The translations under genes and the position numbers were made by a program. A stretch of 61,357 bases of DNA from Patescibacteria group bacterium (lineage in GTDB: Bacteria > Patescibacteriota > Patescibacteriia > Patescibacteriales > UBA12465). Shown here piece by piece: positions 27,655 through 38,377 of the stretch; the first letter of the stretch is position 1; every line of letters begins with the position of its first letter. The stretch spans positions 1-61,357 of the forward strand of contig JBMOHF010000005.1 of the NCBI GenBank assembly GCA_049317985.1. Reading direction: 5' to 3'. The notes below the pieces were generated by a model, which saw nothing but the letters and a program-made list of their open reading frames with translations, ran no database searches and was not told the DNA's origin.

Positions 27655-29373
27655 TTATTTTCTTCCCCTGAAAACGCCTGGTTTCTTTCCACCTTTTCTT
27701 GGTGCTGGGCGGCGTTTCACCTCTTCGGCAAAAATTCGACTAGTTTGATCGATTTCAAAACCACCTTCAATACTTGCGACAATCGCTTCCCCGTCGTAAG
27801 AAATTGTTTCAAAACTTGAAACAACATCCTTCTCTTTGTTTTTATCAATTCCAAAAATAGTAAATGAATCGGACATTTTAATTTTACCAATATCTGCACC
27901 CTTCAAATCAGGCAAACTATTAATCATGTCAAATAAGGTTTTGATATTAAAGCCATCTCTTTTCCCGAGACTTAAGCGCACATTAATATAATCTTCATCA
28001 GACAATAGACTTTCGCGCTTTGATACTCGATCACCAAAACTACTAGCAGCAACAACTTCCAAATCTCGAGTATGTTTATATAAATTCAAAAAGTGGTTAA
28101 ACTCAACTGAAACAAAACGAGTTAATAATTCTTGACGAGATAAATCTTTCAAACCTTCTTCGATTACTGGTAAAAATTGCGCGATTTCTTTTTCATCAAC
28201 TTTTGTATCTTTGATTTTATCAACCAATTTAAAAAGTTGTTTACCGCAAATTTCCTGACCAGTTGGCACTTGCTTTAATTCAAAAGGTTTACCAACTTTT
28301 TGTTCAAGTTCGCGAATCTTTCGAGACTCACGAGCAGTAATAATTGAAACTGAAATTCCTTTTTTTTGTGCCCGACCAGTGCGACCACTGCGGTGAAGAT
28401 AAATTTCGTTGGCGTCTGGTAAATTATAATTAATAACGTGGGTCAAGTCATTAACGTCGATTCCGCGCGCCGCAACATCAGTCGCAACTAGTAATTGCAC
28501 CTTTCGGCTCCGAAAACGTTCCATGATCAAAGTGCGCATATCTTGAGAGACGTCACCATGTAGAGCTTCCGTTGAATACCGATCCTCCTTCAAACGATCG
28601 GCAATTTCTCGAGTTTCATTCCGAGTCCGACAAAATAGAATGCCGTAGATATCTGGTTCTGAGTCAACAATGCGACGGAGAGCCTCATATTTTTGTCCTG
28701 GCTTCACAAAATAATATTGATGAGCCAACTGGTCAGCACCGACATTCTTTTTGCCGACACTAATCTCCTCTGGCGAATTCATGTACTTCTTGGCGATGCT
28801 ATAGATAGTCGGTGACATTGTTGCCGAAAACAATAATGTTTGTTTGGTGTCAGGGGTATCACTAAGAATTTCATTAAGATCATCCTTGAAACCAAGGTCA
28901 AGCATTTCATCAGCTTCATCAAGAACCACAAAGCGGATAGTTTGTAGTTTTAAAATCTTTCGTCGAATCAAATCAAGAACTCGCCCAGGAGTACCAACAA
29001 CAATGTTGGCGCCAGCCCGAATTTCTCTAATCTGGACATCAATTCTTGCTCCGCCATAGACAGCAACCACCCCCACTCCATCAGAATATTTGGCAAAACT
29101 ATCTACTTCCTTACTGATTTGTAAACATAATTCTCTGGTTGGACACAAAATAATTGCCTGGACTTCTCTGTTTTTTTCTAATTTGTTTAAAATTGGTAAA
29201 CCAAAAGCCGCCGTTTTACCGGTCCCAGTTTGAGCAAGACCAATTAAATCGCGCTCATTTTCAAGAACAAATGGAATTGCTTGTTCTTGAATCGGTGTTG
29301 CCTCAAGATATCCGAGTTCTTTAAGGCTTTTTAAAATATGGGTATTCAAACCCAGCTCTTTGAATGTTTTCAT
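27655..29373 (-). CDS. DEAD-box RNA helicase (DeaD/CsdA-like, DbpA-type RNA-binding C-terminal domain)
   Basis: AQTGTGKT, PTREL, LDEADEM, SAT, ARGID and HRSGRTGRA. Start set at MKTFKELGL (29373). Confidence 0.93.
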   Translation of the reverse strand: MKTFKELGLNTHILKSLKELGYLEATPIQEQAIPFVLENERDLIGLAQTGTGKTAAFGLPILNKLEKNREVQAIILCPTRELCLQISKEVDSFAKYSDGVGVVAVYGGARIDVQIREIRAGANIVVGTPGRVLDLIRRKILKLQTIRFVVLDEADEMLDLGFKDDLNEILSDTPDTKQTLLFSATMSPTIYSIAKKYMNSPEEISVGKKNVGADQLAHQYYFVKPGQKYEALRRIVDSEPDIYGILFCRTRNETREIADRLKEDRYSTEALHGDVSQDMRTLIMERFRSRKVQLLVATDVAARGIDVNDLTHVINYNLPDANEIYLHRSGRTGRAQKKGISVSIITARESRKIRELEQKVGKPFELKQVPTGQEICGKQLFKLVDKIKDTKVDEKEIAQFLPVIEEGLKDLSRQELLTRFVSVEFNHFLNLYKHTRDLEVVAASSFGDRVSKRESLLSDEDYINVRLSLGKRDGFNIKTLFDMINSLPDLKGADIGKIKMSDSFTIFGIDKNKEKDVVSSFETISYDGEAIVASIEGGFEIDQTSRIFAEEVKRRPAPRKGGKKPGVFRGRK

Positions 29374-29554
29374 AAACCTGATACTTAAGCTAATATTAAT
29401 TAAATTAGCCCCATAATCTGATATACCTACCCAGTAAATACACAAACCCTTGAAGCTGCCGACGAAGCATAACACATAATTTTATTTTTGTAAATTGAAA
29501 GGTCTGATTCTCAAAAATTAATAATAAGAGTAAAATTAAAGAGTTAATAAATAT

Positions 29555-29983
29555 ATGATAAAAAAACCTAATAAAATCCGATCCTGGCTCAAAGCGATTA
29601 TCATTATTACCCTCTTTATCGGGCTAACCATAATTGTCTTACAAGTTACCGTTCTCTCTCAACCAAAGCCATTCCAGCACTATTTAGAATTCTTGGACAA
29701 GAGTGCGCAGCGTGGTCAAAATGTGACGGTTTACACCAAGAGCGACTTTGCTAAAAAATATCTTGGCGCAGATAATAATTTTAAAGAAGCTAACTTTTTA
29801 AAGTTATTTAAAGAGCGTTTAAACTATCCAGAAGGAAGAGAAAATCTTTTATTTGTTGTCTATCAAATTCCCAACAATCTAGTTCCCTGCCAAATAAACA
29901 TTATTGGCGTAAGTAAAAAGAAGGACCTCGTTTATGTTTCTTCTGGAAGCGCCTGTCAAAGGAATGACAATCAGACTAAATAA
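29555..29983 (+). CDS. hypothetical membrane-anchored protein
   Basis: N-terminal TM segment, 142 aa. Confidence 0.6.
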   Translation: MIKKPNKIRSWLKAIIIITLFIGLTIIVLQVTVLSQPKPFQHYLEFLDKSAQRGQNVTVYTKSDFAKKYLGADNNFKEANFLKLFKERLNYPEGRENLLFVVYQIPNNLVPCQINIIGVSKKKDLVYVSSGSACQRNDNQTK

Positions 29984-30521
29984 AAAAATAATTGGTCTTG
30001 CTTGGTTTACTATTATAATGGCCGGTCTTTTTGCTTATCTAATATTTCCGGATACTTTTAACCTCACAACTCTCATTTCGGTTATCGGTCATCATTATTG
30101 GTTAGCGATAATTATCTACTCGCTAATTATCTGCTTTCGCGGTTTGCTTTTTATTTCACCTCTCTCACTTACTCTTGCTAGCAGTGTTTTATTCTCACCG
30201 CTCACTGTTTTCGTTATTAACACTTTGGGAGTTTTGGTTTCAACAATTTTAATTTATAAATTCTCACATTTTCTCGGTCTTGATGAGTATTTTCAAAATA
30301 AGCATCTAGATAAAATTGATAAAATAAAAAAGAGTTTAGATAAAAAAGAAATTCCAATTATTATCATTTGGAGCTTCTTGCCGTTGCTTCCAACTGACTT
30401 AATAATTTATGTCAGCGCGACCCTAAAAATTCCTCTCTGGAAGTGCCTTCTTGGCGTGTTTATTGGGATGACAGCAATTAATGCTTTAATTATTTATTCC
30501 CTTAACTTCTTCTTACCTTAA
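29964..30521 (+). CDS. TVP38/TMEM64 (VTT/DedA) family membrane protein
   Basis: Hydrophobic with FLPLLPTDLI motif; likely start at ATG 29964. Confidence 0.75.
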   Translation: MTIRLNKKIIGLAWFTIIMAGLFAYLIFPDTFNLTTLISVIGHHYWLAIIIYSLIICFRGLLFISPLSLTLASSVLFSPLTVFVINTLGVLVSTILIYKFSHFLGLDEYFQNKHLDKIDKIKKSLDKKEIPIIIIWSFLPLLPTDLIIYVSATLKIPLWKCLLGVFIGMTAINALIIYSLNFFLP

Positions 30522-30552
30522 AAATACACCATTAATGGTGTATTTTTTGTTT

Positions 30553-30966
30553 TTACTTGCTGAGTATTTCGAGAATCTTATTTAGTTTATCATTCTCGAT
30601 TCTCGCTAAAGCTTTTTGTAATTCTTCAATTTCTTTTTTCGCCTGGACGTTAGTATAATAATCTTCTTTCGCCTGATAACGGTCTCTCTCGTTCTGGCGG
30701 TTCTGCGCCATCATAATAATTGGCGCCGCATAAGCAGCTTGCGTTGAAAAAATTAGATTGAGAAGAATAAAAGGATAGACATCCCAGTGCTGAGTAAAAG
30801 CAAGGACATTTAAAATCATCCACAAAATAACGAAGATGGTTTGAATAATAATAAATCTCCAAGAGCCCATTAATCTCGCCGTTCCGTCGGCGACTTTCTC
30901 TCCCCAAGTAATCGAACTGGCATGTTTTTCGTGCCACGTTTTCACAATTGTATTTTTTTCTTTCAT
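30553..30966 (-). CDS. DUF1003 membrane protein
   Basis: GSWRFII, DVYPFILLNL and QAAYAAPIIMMAQNRQ. Confidence 0.88.
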   Translation of the reverse strand: MKEKNTIVKTWHEKHASSITWGEKVADGTARLMGSWRFIIIQTIFVILWMILNVLAFTQHWDVYPFILLNLIFSTQAAYAAPIIMMAQNRQNERDRYQAKEDYYTNVQAKKEIEELQKALARIENDKLNKILEILSK

Positions 30967-30974
30967 ATAGTTAT

Positions 30975-31292
30975 TTAGGAATGTATTTCATTCATCTCAC
31001 TCCAATTCCAATCACGATCTTTATTGGTTTCAAGTTTCTTGATTATTTCATCTTCTAGATTGAATCCTAAAATGCCAGCAAGATGAAGCACTCGCTGCAT
31101 TACATCGCCAAGCTCTTCCTTGAAGCCATCCTTACCATCAATATTGTTGTGGCGATAGGCATCAAAAGCTTCGGAAACCTCCGAATGGATTAGGGCAATT
31201 TTTTCGGCGACATTAATTGCCGCCGGCGCTGTGCCAAAACCCTTTTGTTTAGCCTGCTCCATTATTAATTCGCTTAATTCTTTAATGGTCAT
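30975..31292 (-). CDS. MazG-like NTP pyrophosphohydrolase
   Basis: LIHSEVSEA and EELGD motifs. Confidence 0.82.
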   Translation of the reverse strand: MTIKELSELIMEQAKQKGFGTAPAAINVAEKIALIHSEVSEAFDAYRHNNIDGKDGFKEELGDVMQRVLHLAGILGFNLEDEIIKKLETNKDRDWNWSEMNEIHS

Positions 31293-31430
31293 ATGGAGAA
31301 ATTAATTGTACTTGAAATTTAGCTTAAATATATAGTTTAATAATATCATATTTTTTAACTTTTGAGATAATTAGGTTAAAGACTATTTAAAAAACACATC
31401 TGTACGATGTGTTTTTTAGTTCGATAAAAA

Positions 31431-31871
31431 TTATTTAGCCTTCTTAGCTGATGATCCAATATTTTTAGTTTTTGACTTAATAACTGTCGCCTTTTTGACT
31501 GTTTTTATCGGTTTTTTTGCTGGTTTTGGTTTTTCAACTTTCATCGAGGATGAAATTGTTTTCCAGTGTTTTTTCAAATCTAGAGCTAATGCCTTGATCT
31601 CCTCCGGGCTGGTCTTTTTCCCTTTTTCATACTTAGCAGCCACAGTATCAATAATCGCGTGATAAGCTGGCTCGCCAACGCTACGAGCGGCTTCTAATTT
31701 CTCAACTACATCGCCCTTCATTTTGATTGCCCAGGACTTAACATTTTTCTGATGCTTCTTCCCTTCTGGACCTAGAAAAAAATAAGCAACCGCCGCTAAG
31801 CCCGCGAGACTAGCGCCAACAACTGTTGACTCAACAGCACTTGAACCTTTTTTTACCGCTTGTTTTTTCAT
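31431..31871 (-). CDS. hypothetical protein, YtxH-like N-terminal anchor and Lys-rich tail
   Basis: GASLAGLAAVAYFFLGPEGKK. Confidence 0.6.
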   Translation of the reverse strand: MKKQAVKKGSSAVESTVVGASLAGLAAVAYFFLGPEGKKHQKNVKSWAIKMKGDVVEKLEAARSVGEPAYHAIIDTVAAKYEKGKKTSPEEIKALALDLKKHWKTISSSMKVEKPKPAKKPIKTVKKATVIKSKTKNIGSSAKKAK

Positions 31872-31923
31872 AAAGTTAATTATTAATTATCGAACGATAC
31901 TAGAGCTTTTATTGCCCTGGTAT

Positions 31924-34900
31924 TTATTTATTATTGATCATTTTCCTAGTAACAGGACCGAAAATACCAATGGCTGGATTGATTTTATTTTTCTTTTGAA
32001 ATTTAATTAGCGCCGCTTTCGTGGCAGCACCAAATTTTGACGTTTCTTTGCCAGGAGAACCGGCGTCCATTTTAGCAACTAAATAACCATTGACATTAAG
32101 ATACTTCTGCAGCTCCGTGACATCGCTATTTGTCACACCAGATTTGAGATCTTTTTTGAAGACAAATTTTTTAATTGCTGGAACGCTTGGCGCGATGATT
32201 ACTGGGTCAGCAGATATTCGTGACAGAGACTTAACTGTTATCTCTACCCGGTTGTTATACGTGCCGGCGAAAGTTAAACGAATGTCATTTTTTTTATCTC
32301 CATCAAGATCTACATCTCTCACCTCGTATTTTTTTAGAGTAATTGTTTGAGGTTTTGAAGAAATTATGAGAGTAATAAAATTATTAGCCAAATCTAATTT
32401 ACTTATTTGAAAATTGTGGTTTGCTGATTGCCAACCATTAGCACTTTCAGGAGCACTAAAGTTTGCCTGGGAGTTAATATAGCCAAGCATGTTAATTCCA
32501 CCATTAGTGATTGATCCAATATCGCCAACTGAATTCATTGGTATAGCGTGATCCGAGAGACCATTTCCAACACCAGCAGGTAAAGTGACTGGCGAACTAT
32601 TAATGATTGGTATTAACTCAAAATCAGCAGTGACTGAATAATCATTTGTAACGTTAGTTTCCGTGCGAGTTGAATTTAAGACATTATCAGACCACTTTAG
32701 AAAACGATAACCATTATCTGGCGTCGCGGTAACAGAGGTGCCACTATCTCCACTGCCAACCATCTGTGTGCTTGATCCTAAAATTATTCCACCAATTCCA
32801 GCCGCATAATTAAGACTATATGAAGAGCCAGAGGAATCGCGAACAAATTGTGCGGTGACAGAAATATTATTTATAACATTCAAATCAGTCCTAGTAGCGG
32901 TTGTCACATCATCACTCCATTTTACAAAGTGATAATTTGCATTTGGAACCGCAGTTACAGAAGTTCCATTCGAATCATGAGCAACTGATTGCGTGGTTGT
33001 GCCTGTGATTGACCCATTAGTTCCAGCGAAATACACAAGGTCATAAGTATTGATCGCAAAGTTGGCTGTTACAGAAATATTATTGTTTACATTCAAATCT
33101 GTTCTGGTGGCAGTCATCAAGTCATCACTCCAATTTACAAAGTGATAATTTGCATTTGGAGAAGCAGTAACAGTGGTGCCGTTTGAACCGTGGTTTACGA
33201 TTTGTGACAAGGTTCCAGTGATTGATCCATTGGTACCTGCTGCGTAATTTACATTATGAGTATTAATGGCAAAATTAGCAGTGACAGAAATATTGTTTGT
33301 GACATTCGTATCTGTTCTGGGGCTCGAAGTTGAAGCATCGCTCCAATTTACAAAATGGTAATTGGCATTTGCGACAGGTGTGACTGGGGTTCCGTTTGAA
33401 CCGTAATTAATAGTTTGGGTTGTTGTGCCAGAAATAGTTCCTCCTGAACCTGAAGAGTAAGAAAGAGAGAAAGTATTAATTGCAAATTGAGCGGTGACTG
33501 AAATGTTCCCTGTTACATTCAAATCCGTTCTGGCAGCGGTCATCACATCGTCACTCCATTTTACAAAGTGATAATTGGTACTTGGGACTGCGGTTACAGG
33601 AGTTCCGTTCGCACCATGAGCAACTGATTGCGTGGTTGTTCCAGTAATTGATCCATTAATACCCGCTGAATATACAAGGTTATGAATATCAATAGAAAAA
33701 TTGGCAGTAACGGATATATCATCTATGACATTTGTATCTGTTCTGGGGCTCGAAGTTGAAGCATCGCTCCAATTTACAAAATGGTAATTGGCATTTGCGA
33801 CAGGTGTGACGGGGGTTCCGTTTGAACCATGAGTAACAGATTGTGTTGTTGTACCAGCCAAGGAGCCACCAGCACCCGCAGTATAAACAAGATTGTGGGT
33901 ATTAATAGAAAAATTAGCAGTGACAGAAATATTGTTTGTGACATTTGTATCTGTTCTGGGGCTCGAAGTTGAAGCATCACTCCAATTTACAAAATGGTAA
34001 TTGGCATTTGCGACAGGTGTAACGGGGGTTCCGTTAGAGCCACTAACAACCAACTGGGTGCTAGTCCCAGAAATTGTTCCGCCAGCACCAGCCGTATAAG
34101 ACAAAGAGTAAACACTATTTACTGTCATCACCAAGCCAAAAGTGCTACTGCCACCAGAATTAGTTGCAGTTATTGTATAGGTATTTTGACTGGCAGAAAT
34201 AGTGGGTGTGCCAGAAATAATTCCGGTATCCGGGTCGAGAGTGATTCCAGTCGGTAAATCCGGTGAAACACTATAAGTGAGTCCTTGCCCGGTAATAGTT
34301 GGGGTGAGCGGAGTAATCGAAGAATCTTTTGTATAAGTATGTGGCGAGGAGTAAGAGAGACTGCCGGGAGCAATATTGTTGACCGTCATCAGAACAGCAA
34401 ACGAGGTATTACCTCCATTATTTGTCGCCGTGACATTGTAGTAACTTGGGTTCACTGCTTCTGTTGGTGTGCCAGAAATAATACCGGTGCTCGTGCTAAA
34501 AGTTAAACCTGCTGGTAGAGTTGGGTTCACGCTATAGGTAATTCCTGAGCCAGTGATGGTCGGAGAAATTGGAGTGATAGATGAATTTCTAACGTAAACA
34601 TTTGGTGAGGGATAAGATAGCCCAGTTGGTGCAGGAAGAAGGTTTTCTTCAACCTCCATCACATTTAACAAAGCATAGCCCCAAGCAGTTACTTTCGGTG
34701 TCAGCAACACTTCGATGGTTCCATCTGGCTCTGGCGCAACCTGTGCAAAAACCGTCGTTGTCGAAGTATTCAAATAAGTGTTTTGCTCTTTCGTCCCAGC
34801 CTTATTATAAATTGAATAAACCGTAACTTTATTATCAGCACTATTAGTAACGGTTGAACCAAATAATTTGATGTTATATGTTTTCGAAGTATTAAGTCCA

Positions 34901-36597
34901 CTTATTTTAACACCGCCAGTACCGCCAGTACCGGTTCGAATATACACACCATTTTTCATCATGGCGTCTGGATAAATTCCCGTATCGGCTGGTGTGGTTG
35001 TCGCCCCAAAACCATATTTAACCATGGTTCTAGAAATAGAGATGGAAGGAAACGTGCCACATGACGCATTACAGCCATCTGAATCTAATAACCCTGTCAA
35101 AGGTGATGATGTTGCCGTGATAGCTGAATAGCTATTCCATACACCAACCGAGGAACCATTGGTTCCCGTATCAATTTTCCAAGTTCTAAGCGGCACTACT
35201 ATCGCATTAAGCCGGGCATTATAGGTGTTCTTATCAGCCAATTGAGTAGTATCGTTTAATAAATTTGTATAGGTTCGCGCATTATTAACACTAGAAACTG
35301 ATTTATTTGCTTCTGCGGTTGTCACAAGAGCACTGACACGAGTTAAATCGTTGGCAGTAAAAATCTGCCCCCAATCTAAGTTAATTAACCCGGTTGTTTT
35401 ATTATCTGAATGAGCAGTAAAACCAGAGCCGTAAGAAATTGAAGATATCGTCGCATCTGAGCTAACCAAGAGAGATAAAGCATAGCGTCGCAAATCAGTG
35501 TCAACTGCTGAAGAATCCAGATCAACTGTTAAAACATTACCGACTAAATTACTAGAAACAACCGTATTTTGTTTTACTGACAAATACTCATAGACCTCGG
35601 GGCTGGAGGCCATCCAAACGCTATCATCACCATTAGCGCCATAAGTGTTTTCAAGATAATCCATGAAGTACTTAAACTTATCAAACGATAGATTACCGTT
35701 ACCAGCTCCAACTACGACGCGATGATTACTGGCAACCCCCCAAAATTTATTTCCGCCCCGACTTTCATTTGCTAAATTATCAATATACGCCTTCATATTG
35801 GCGTTTGTTGATTTATTTTCTTCAAAATAAAAACGATGAATCAAAAGGTTGCTAAGACTAACGCTATTGGTCACGTTAACTCCCTTCTCTTCAAGTGCAC
35901 TCGTCGTTTGCCCTTCATAAACTGTCTTCATTCCATTAGCCCAGGCGGCACTAGTGTAATTCTTGTCACCATTTGGTAAACCAAAATGCTTTACTGTTAC
36001 TCCTAATTCTTGGAATAATCGAAGAGTATTTTGACTTACTTCATAACTATAATCAATCGTGCTTGGTCCATGCGGAGCGGGATAATTGATAATTGTGCTA
36101 GTTGGGTCTGGCGTGTTGATTGAAGTCCAACCATGATTAATCGGCTCCCAACCGCTGGCATAAGTTTCTCGCAAATTATCCCAAGTCATGTTACTCGGGG
36201 TGTTAACATGCAAATCGCTAAAAGTTGTTCCGCTGTTTGAAAACCAATTAAAGCTGCCTGTGAATGGAATACGATAACCGGCCCCATTAGTATAGTAAAG
36301 ACCGCCAACAGTGGAGCCATCGGCGGAAATATAACCCCCATTAAAATAATGATAGATCGGATTATAGCCTTCGATATAACCATCGTCTGCCGCGTAACTA
36401 AATGCAAAATCCTTATTGTATTTCAAAGGCGCTTTCGTCACTGTCGTTAACCCAGGAGTAGGAGTTGCGGCAAAAGTGATTGTAATCGTCTTATTGTTGT
36501 TGGCTTTGGCAAAATTTATTGAAGAAAAAAGGCCTGAAAACAAGAAATTTGTTAACAAAAAAACCGACAAGACAATTTTCGCTTTGTTGAGATTCAT
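31924..36597 (-). CDS. large surface protein: polysaccharide-deacetylase-like domain, putative Ig domains, 7 InlB-B-like repeats, C-terminal peptidoglycan-binding domain
   Basis: Signal peptide; FSYAADDG/NHG/PNGD; LPAGLTFSTSTGIISGTP; YHFVNWSD repeats; DVTELQKYL...TKAALIKFQ...GIFGPVTR. Confidence 0.82.
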   Translation of the reverse strand: MNLNKAKIVLSVFLLTNFLFSGLFSSINFAKANNNKTITITFAATPTPGLTTVTKAPLKYNKDFAFSYAADDGYIEGYNPIYHYFNGGYISADGSTVGGLYYTNGAGYRIPFTGSFNWFSNSGTTFSDLHVNTPSNMTWDNLRETYASGWEPINHGWTSINTPDPTSTIINYPAPHGPSTIDYSYEVSQNTLRLFQELGVTVKHFGLPNGDKNYTSAAWANGMKTVYEGQTTSALEEKGVNVTNSVSLSNLLIHRFYFEENKSTNANMKAYIDNLANESRGGNKFWGVASNHRVVVGAGNGNLSFDKFKYFMDYLENTYGANGDDSVWMASSPEVYEYLSVKQNTVVSSNLVGNVLTVDLDSSAVDTDLRRYALSLLVSSDATISSISYGSGFTAHSDNKTTGLINLDWGQIFTANDLTRVSALVTTAEANKSVSSVNNARTYTNLLNDTTQLADKNTYNARLNAIVVPLRTWKIDTGTNGSSVGVWNSYSAITATSSPLTGLLDSDGCNASCGTFPSISISRTMVKYGFGATTTPADTGIYPDAMMKNGVYIRTGTGGTGGVKISGLNTSKTYNIKLFGSTVTNSADNKVTVYSIYNKAGTKEQNTYLNTSTTTVFAQVAPEPDGTIEVLLTPKVTAWGYALLNVMEVEENLLPAPTGLSYPSPNVYVRNSSITPISPTITGSGITYSVNPTLPAGLTFSTSTGIISGTPTEAVNPSYYNVTATNNGGNTSFAVLMTVNNIAPGSLSYSSPHTYTKDSSITPLTPTITGQGLTYSVSPDLPTGITLDPDTGIISGTPTISASQNTYTITATNSGGSSTFGLVMTVNSVYSLSYTAGAGGTISGTSTQLVVSGSNGTPVTPVANANYHFVNWSDASTSSPRTDTNVTNNISVTANFSINTHNLVYTAGAGGSLAGTTTQSVTHGSNGTPVTPVANANYHFVNWSDASTSSPRTDTNVIDDISVTANFSIDIHNLVYSAGINGSITGTTTQSVAHGANGTPVTAVPSTNYHFVKWSDDVMTAARTDLNVTGNISVTAQFAINTFSLSYSSGSGGTISGTTTQTINYGSNGTPVTPVANANYHFVNWSDASTSSPRTDTNVTNNISVTANFAINTHNVNYAAGTNGSITGTLSQIVNHGSNGTTVTASPNANYHFVNWSDDLMTATRTDLNVNNNISVTANFAINTYDLVYFAGTNGSITGTTTQSVAHDSNGTSVTAVPNANYHFVKWSDDVTTATRTDLNVINNISVTAQFVRDSSGSSYSLNYAAGIGGIILGSSTQMVGSGDSGTSVTATPDNGYRFLKWSDNVLNSTRTETNVTNDYSVTADFELIPIINSSPVTLPAGVGNGLSDHAIPMNSVGDIGSITNGGINMLGYINSQANFSAPESANGWQSANHNFQISKLDLANNFITLIISSKPQTITLKKYEVRDVDLDGDKKNDIRLTFAGTYNNRVEITVKSLSRISADPVIIAPSVPAIKKFVFKKDLKSGVTNSDVTELQKYLNVNGYLVAKMDAGSPGKETSKFGAATKAALIKFQKKNKINPAIGIFGPVTRKMINNK
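32615..34110 (-). repeat. 7 tandem about 213-bp coding repeats (InlB-B-like)
   Basis: Near-identical DNA blocks (TCTGTTCTGGGGCTCGAAGTTGAAGCATC...GCGACAGGTGT) at about 33310, 33736 and 33949. Confidence 0.88.
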
Positions 36598-36785
36598 AAT
36601 TTGAGTGATGTAATTATAATGACAGTTTTTTTGGAAAATTTCCGGTCCTGTCTGTACATTATTATATACTAGTTATTATATATCTCAAAATATTATGAAG
36701 GAAGTTATCAACTTGCGCTTTAGTAATCTTTGACTAATAATATACAAAAGGACGTTAACAACTAAATTCACCAAAAACAACAAAG

Positions 36786-38321
36786 ATGAAAGCAAGAATT
36801 CAATTTTTAGGCGGTGTAGCTGGAGATCTAACAGGCTCCTGTTATTATTTAACTGTCAGCGAAGGAAAAAAGTGTATCAGAATTTTGTTTGATTCTGGCC
36901 TGATTCAATGCAGCTTTAATGATTCTCTCGATAAAAATCAAGAGATATTAAATCATTTGAATCTAGCAGAAATCGACTACATAGTTTTGACTCATTCGCA
37001 TATCGACCACATTGGTCGGTTGCCACTCTTCGTAAAAAATGGCTTCAAGGGAAGAATCATTTGTACAATTGGTACAAAAAGTCTTCTCGGAGTAATGTTG
37101 GAAGATTCAGCAAAAATTCAAATGGCGGAAGCAAGTTACCTTAATGCAAAAGCGGCAAAAGACAAAAATCCCGTAAATAGCAGAAAAGGTAACACGCGTA
37201 ATTGTCTAACTAGAGGAAATTACGATCGTGTAAAAAGAAAAGGAGCTGAGCAAAAATGTAAAAAATGTTTACCACTGTACACCACCGCTGATGCTGAAGA
37301 AGCTCAAAAATTGGTCAAAAATGGTGGCTACGAATATCATCAATGGACTAGACTAGCGCACAATCTTCATTTGAAATTTTACCCCTCCGGACACGTTATG
37401 GGCGGAGCAATCGCTGTTGTTAAAATAGACAACAAACCGAAAGCAATGTACATGTGTTTTAGTGGTGATCTCGGCAGACGAGATGGAATTATTTTACCCC
37501 CACCGGAAATTGTAACTGAAGCAATTGATTACCTGGTTATTGAATCTACTTACGGCGGACAAACACATCCGGAAAGAGACCAAGAAATTGAAAAATTGCT
37601 TAATCTTATTAAGTTGAGCCATGAAAAAAATAAAAGAATTATTATTCCTTCTTTCGCACTCGAAAGATCACAGGAAATAATATATTTACTGTCTTACTAC
37701 ATGGCAGAAGGAATTATTCCAAAAATTCCTATTTATCTGGACTCACCTTTGGGAGCAAAAATTACGGAAATATTTTCTGCTGGCTGGACGCAAGGAATGT
37801 TTTCTGACCAAGCCAAATTGAAATTTAATCCGTTTTGCCCCGAAGAAAATCCATATTTCAACTTAGTTGTCACCCCGAAAGAATCTGAGGCTTTAATTGC
37901 TAAATCTGGCAACTATATTGTCATCGCCGGCTCAGGAATGTGTGATGCTGGAAGAGTGCGCGGTCATTTAAGATCAAACTTAGCAAAATCCGATACAATG
38001 GTTTTCTTAGTTGGATACATGGCAGAAAGAAGTCTTGGGCGTCGACTAAAAGACGGAAAAACAATTAAAATGAATGGTCAAGAAATCAAAGTTCAAGCAG
38101 AAATATTAATTTTTGATAGCTTTTCCGCTCACGCTGATGGAAAATTTTTAGTTGATTATGCAAAAGAAGTTTCCACATCAAATATTTTTAAAAGAATATT
38201 TATCGTTCATGGAGAAGGAGAGGGTGCCAAAAAATTAAAAATTGATTTAGAAAATATATTTTCTAAATCAACAACAAAAATAAACATCCCCAAAATTTAT
38301 GAAGACTTTACCATAAATTGA
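36786..38321 (+). CDS. MBL-fold beta-CASP ribonuclease (YSH1-like)
   Basis: THSHIDHIG, GHVMG, SGDLG, ESTYG, AGSGMC, FSAHAD and VHGE motifs. Confidence 0.9.
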   Translation: MKARIQFLGGVAGDLTGSCYYLTVSEGKKCIRILFDSGLIQCSFNDSLDKNQEILNHLNLAEIDYIVLTHSHIDHIGRLPLFVKNGFKGRIICTIGTKSLLGVMLEDSAKIQMAEASYLNAKAAKDKNPVNSRKGNTRNCLTRGNYDRVKRKGAEQKCKKCLPLYTTADAEEAQKLVKNGGYEYHQWTRLAHNLHLKFYPSGHVMGGAIAVVKIDNKPKAMYMCFSGDLGRRDGIILPPPEIVTEAIDYLVIESTYGGQTHPERDQEIEKLLNLIKLSHEKNKRIIIPSFALERSQEIIYLLSYYMAEGIIPKIPIYLDSPLGAKITEIFSAGWTQGMFSDQAKLKFNPFCPEENPYFNLVVTPKESEALIAKSGNYIVIAGSGMCDAGRVRGHLRSNLAKSDTMVFLVGYMAERSLGRRLKDGKTIKMNGQEIKVQAEILIFDSFSAHADGKFLVDYAKEVSTSNIFKRIFIVHGEGEGAKKLKIDLENIFSKSTTKINIPKIYEDFTIN

Positions 38322-38377
38322 CATTATTATCAAAAAAGCTATCCAACAAGATAGCTTTTTTTAAAACTAACAGATTT

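Noticed and set aside
29451..29460. 10-mer TGAAGCTGCC shared with 55381-55390
   Set aside because: A single 10-bp match is expected by chance in 61 kb, and the flanks differ.
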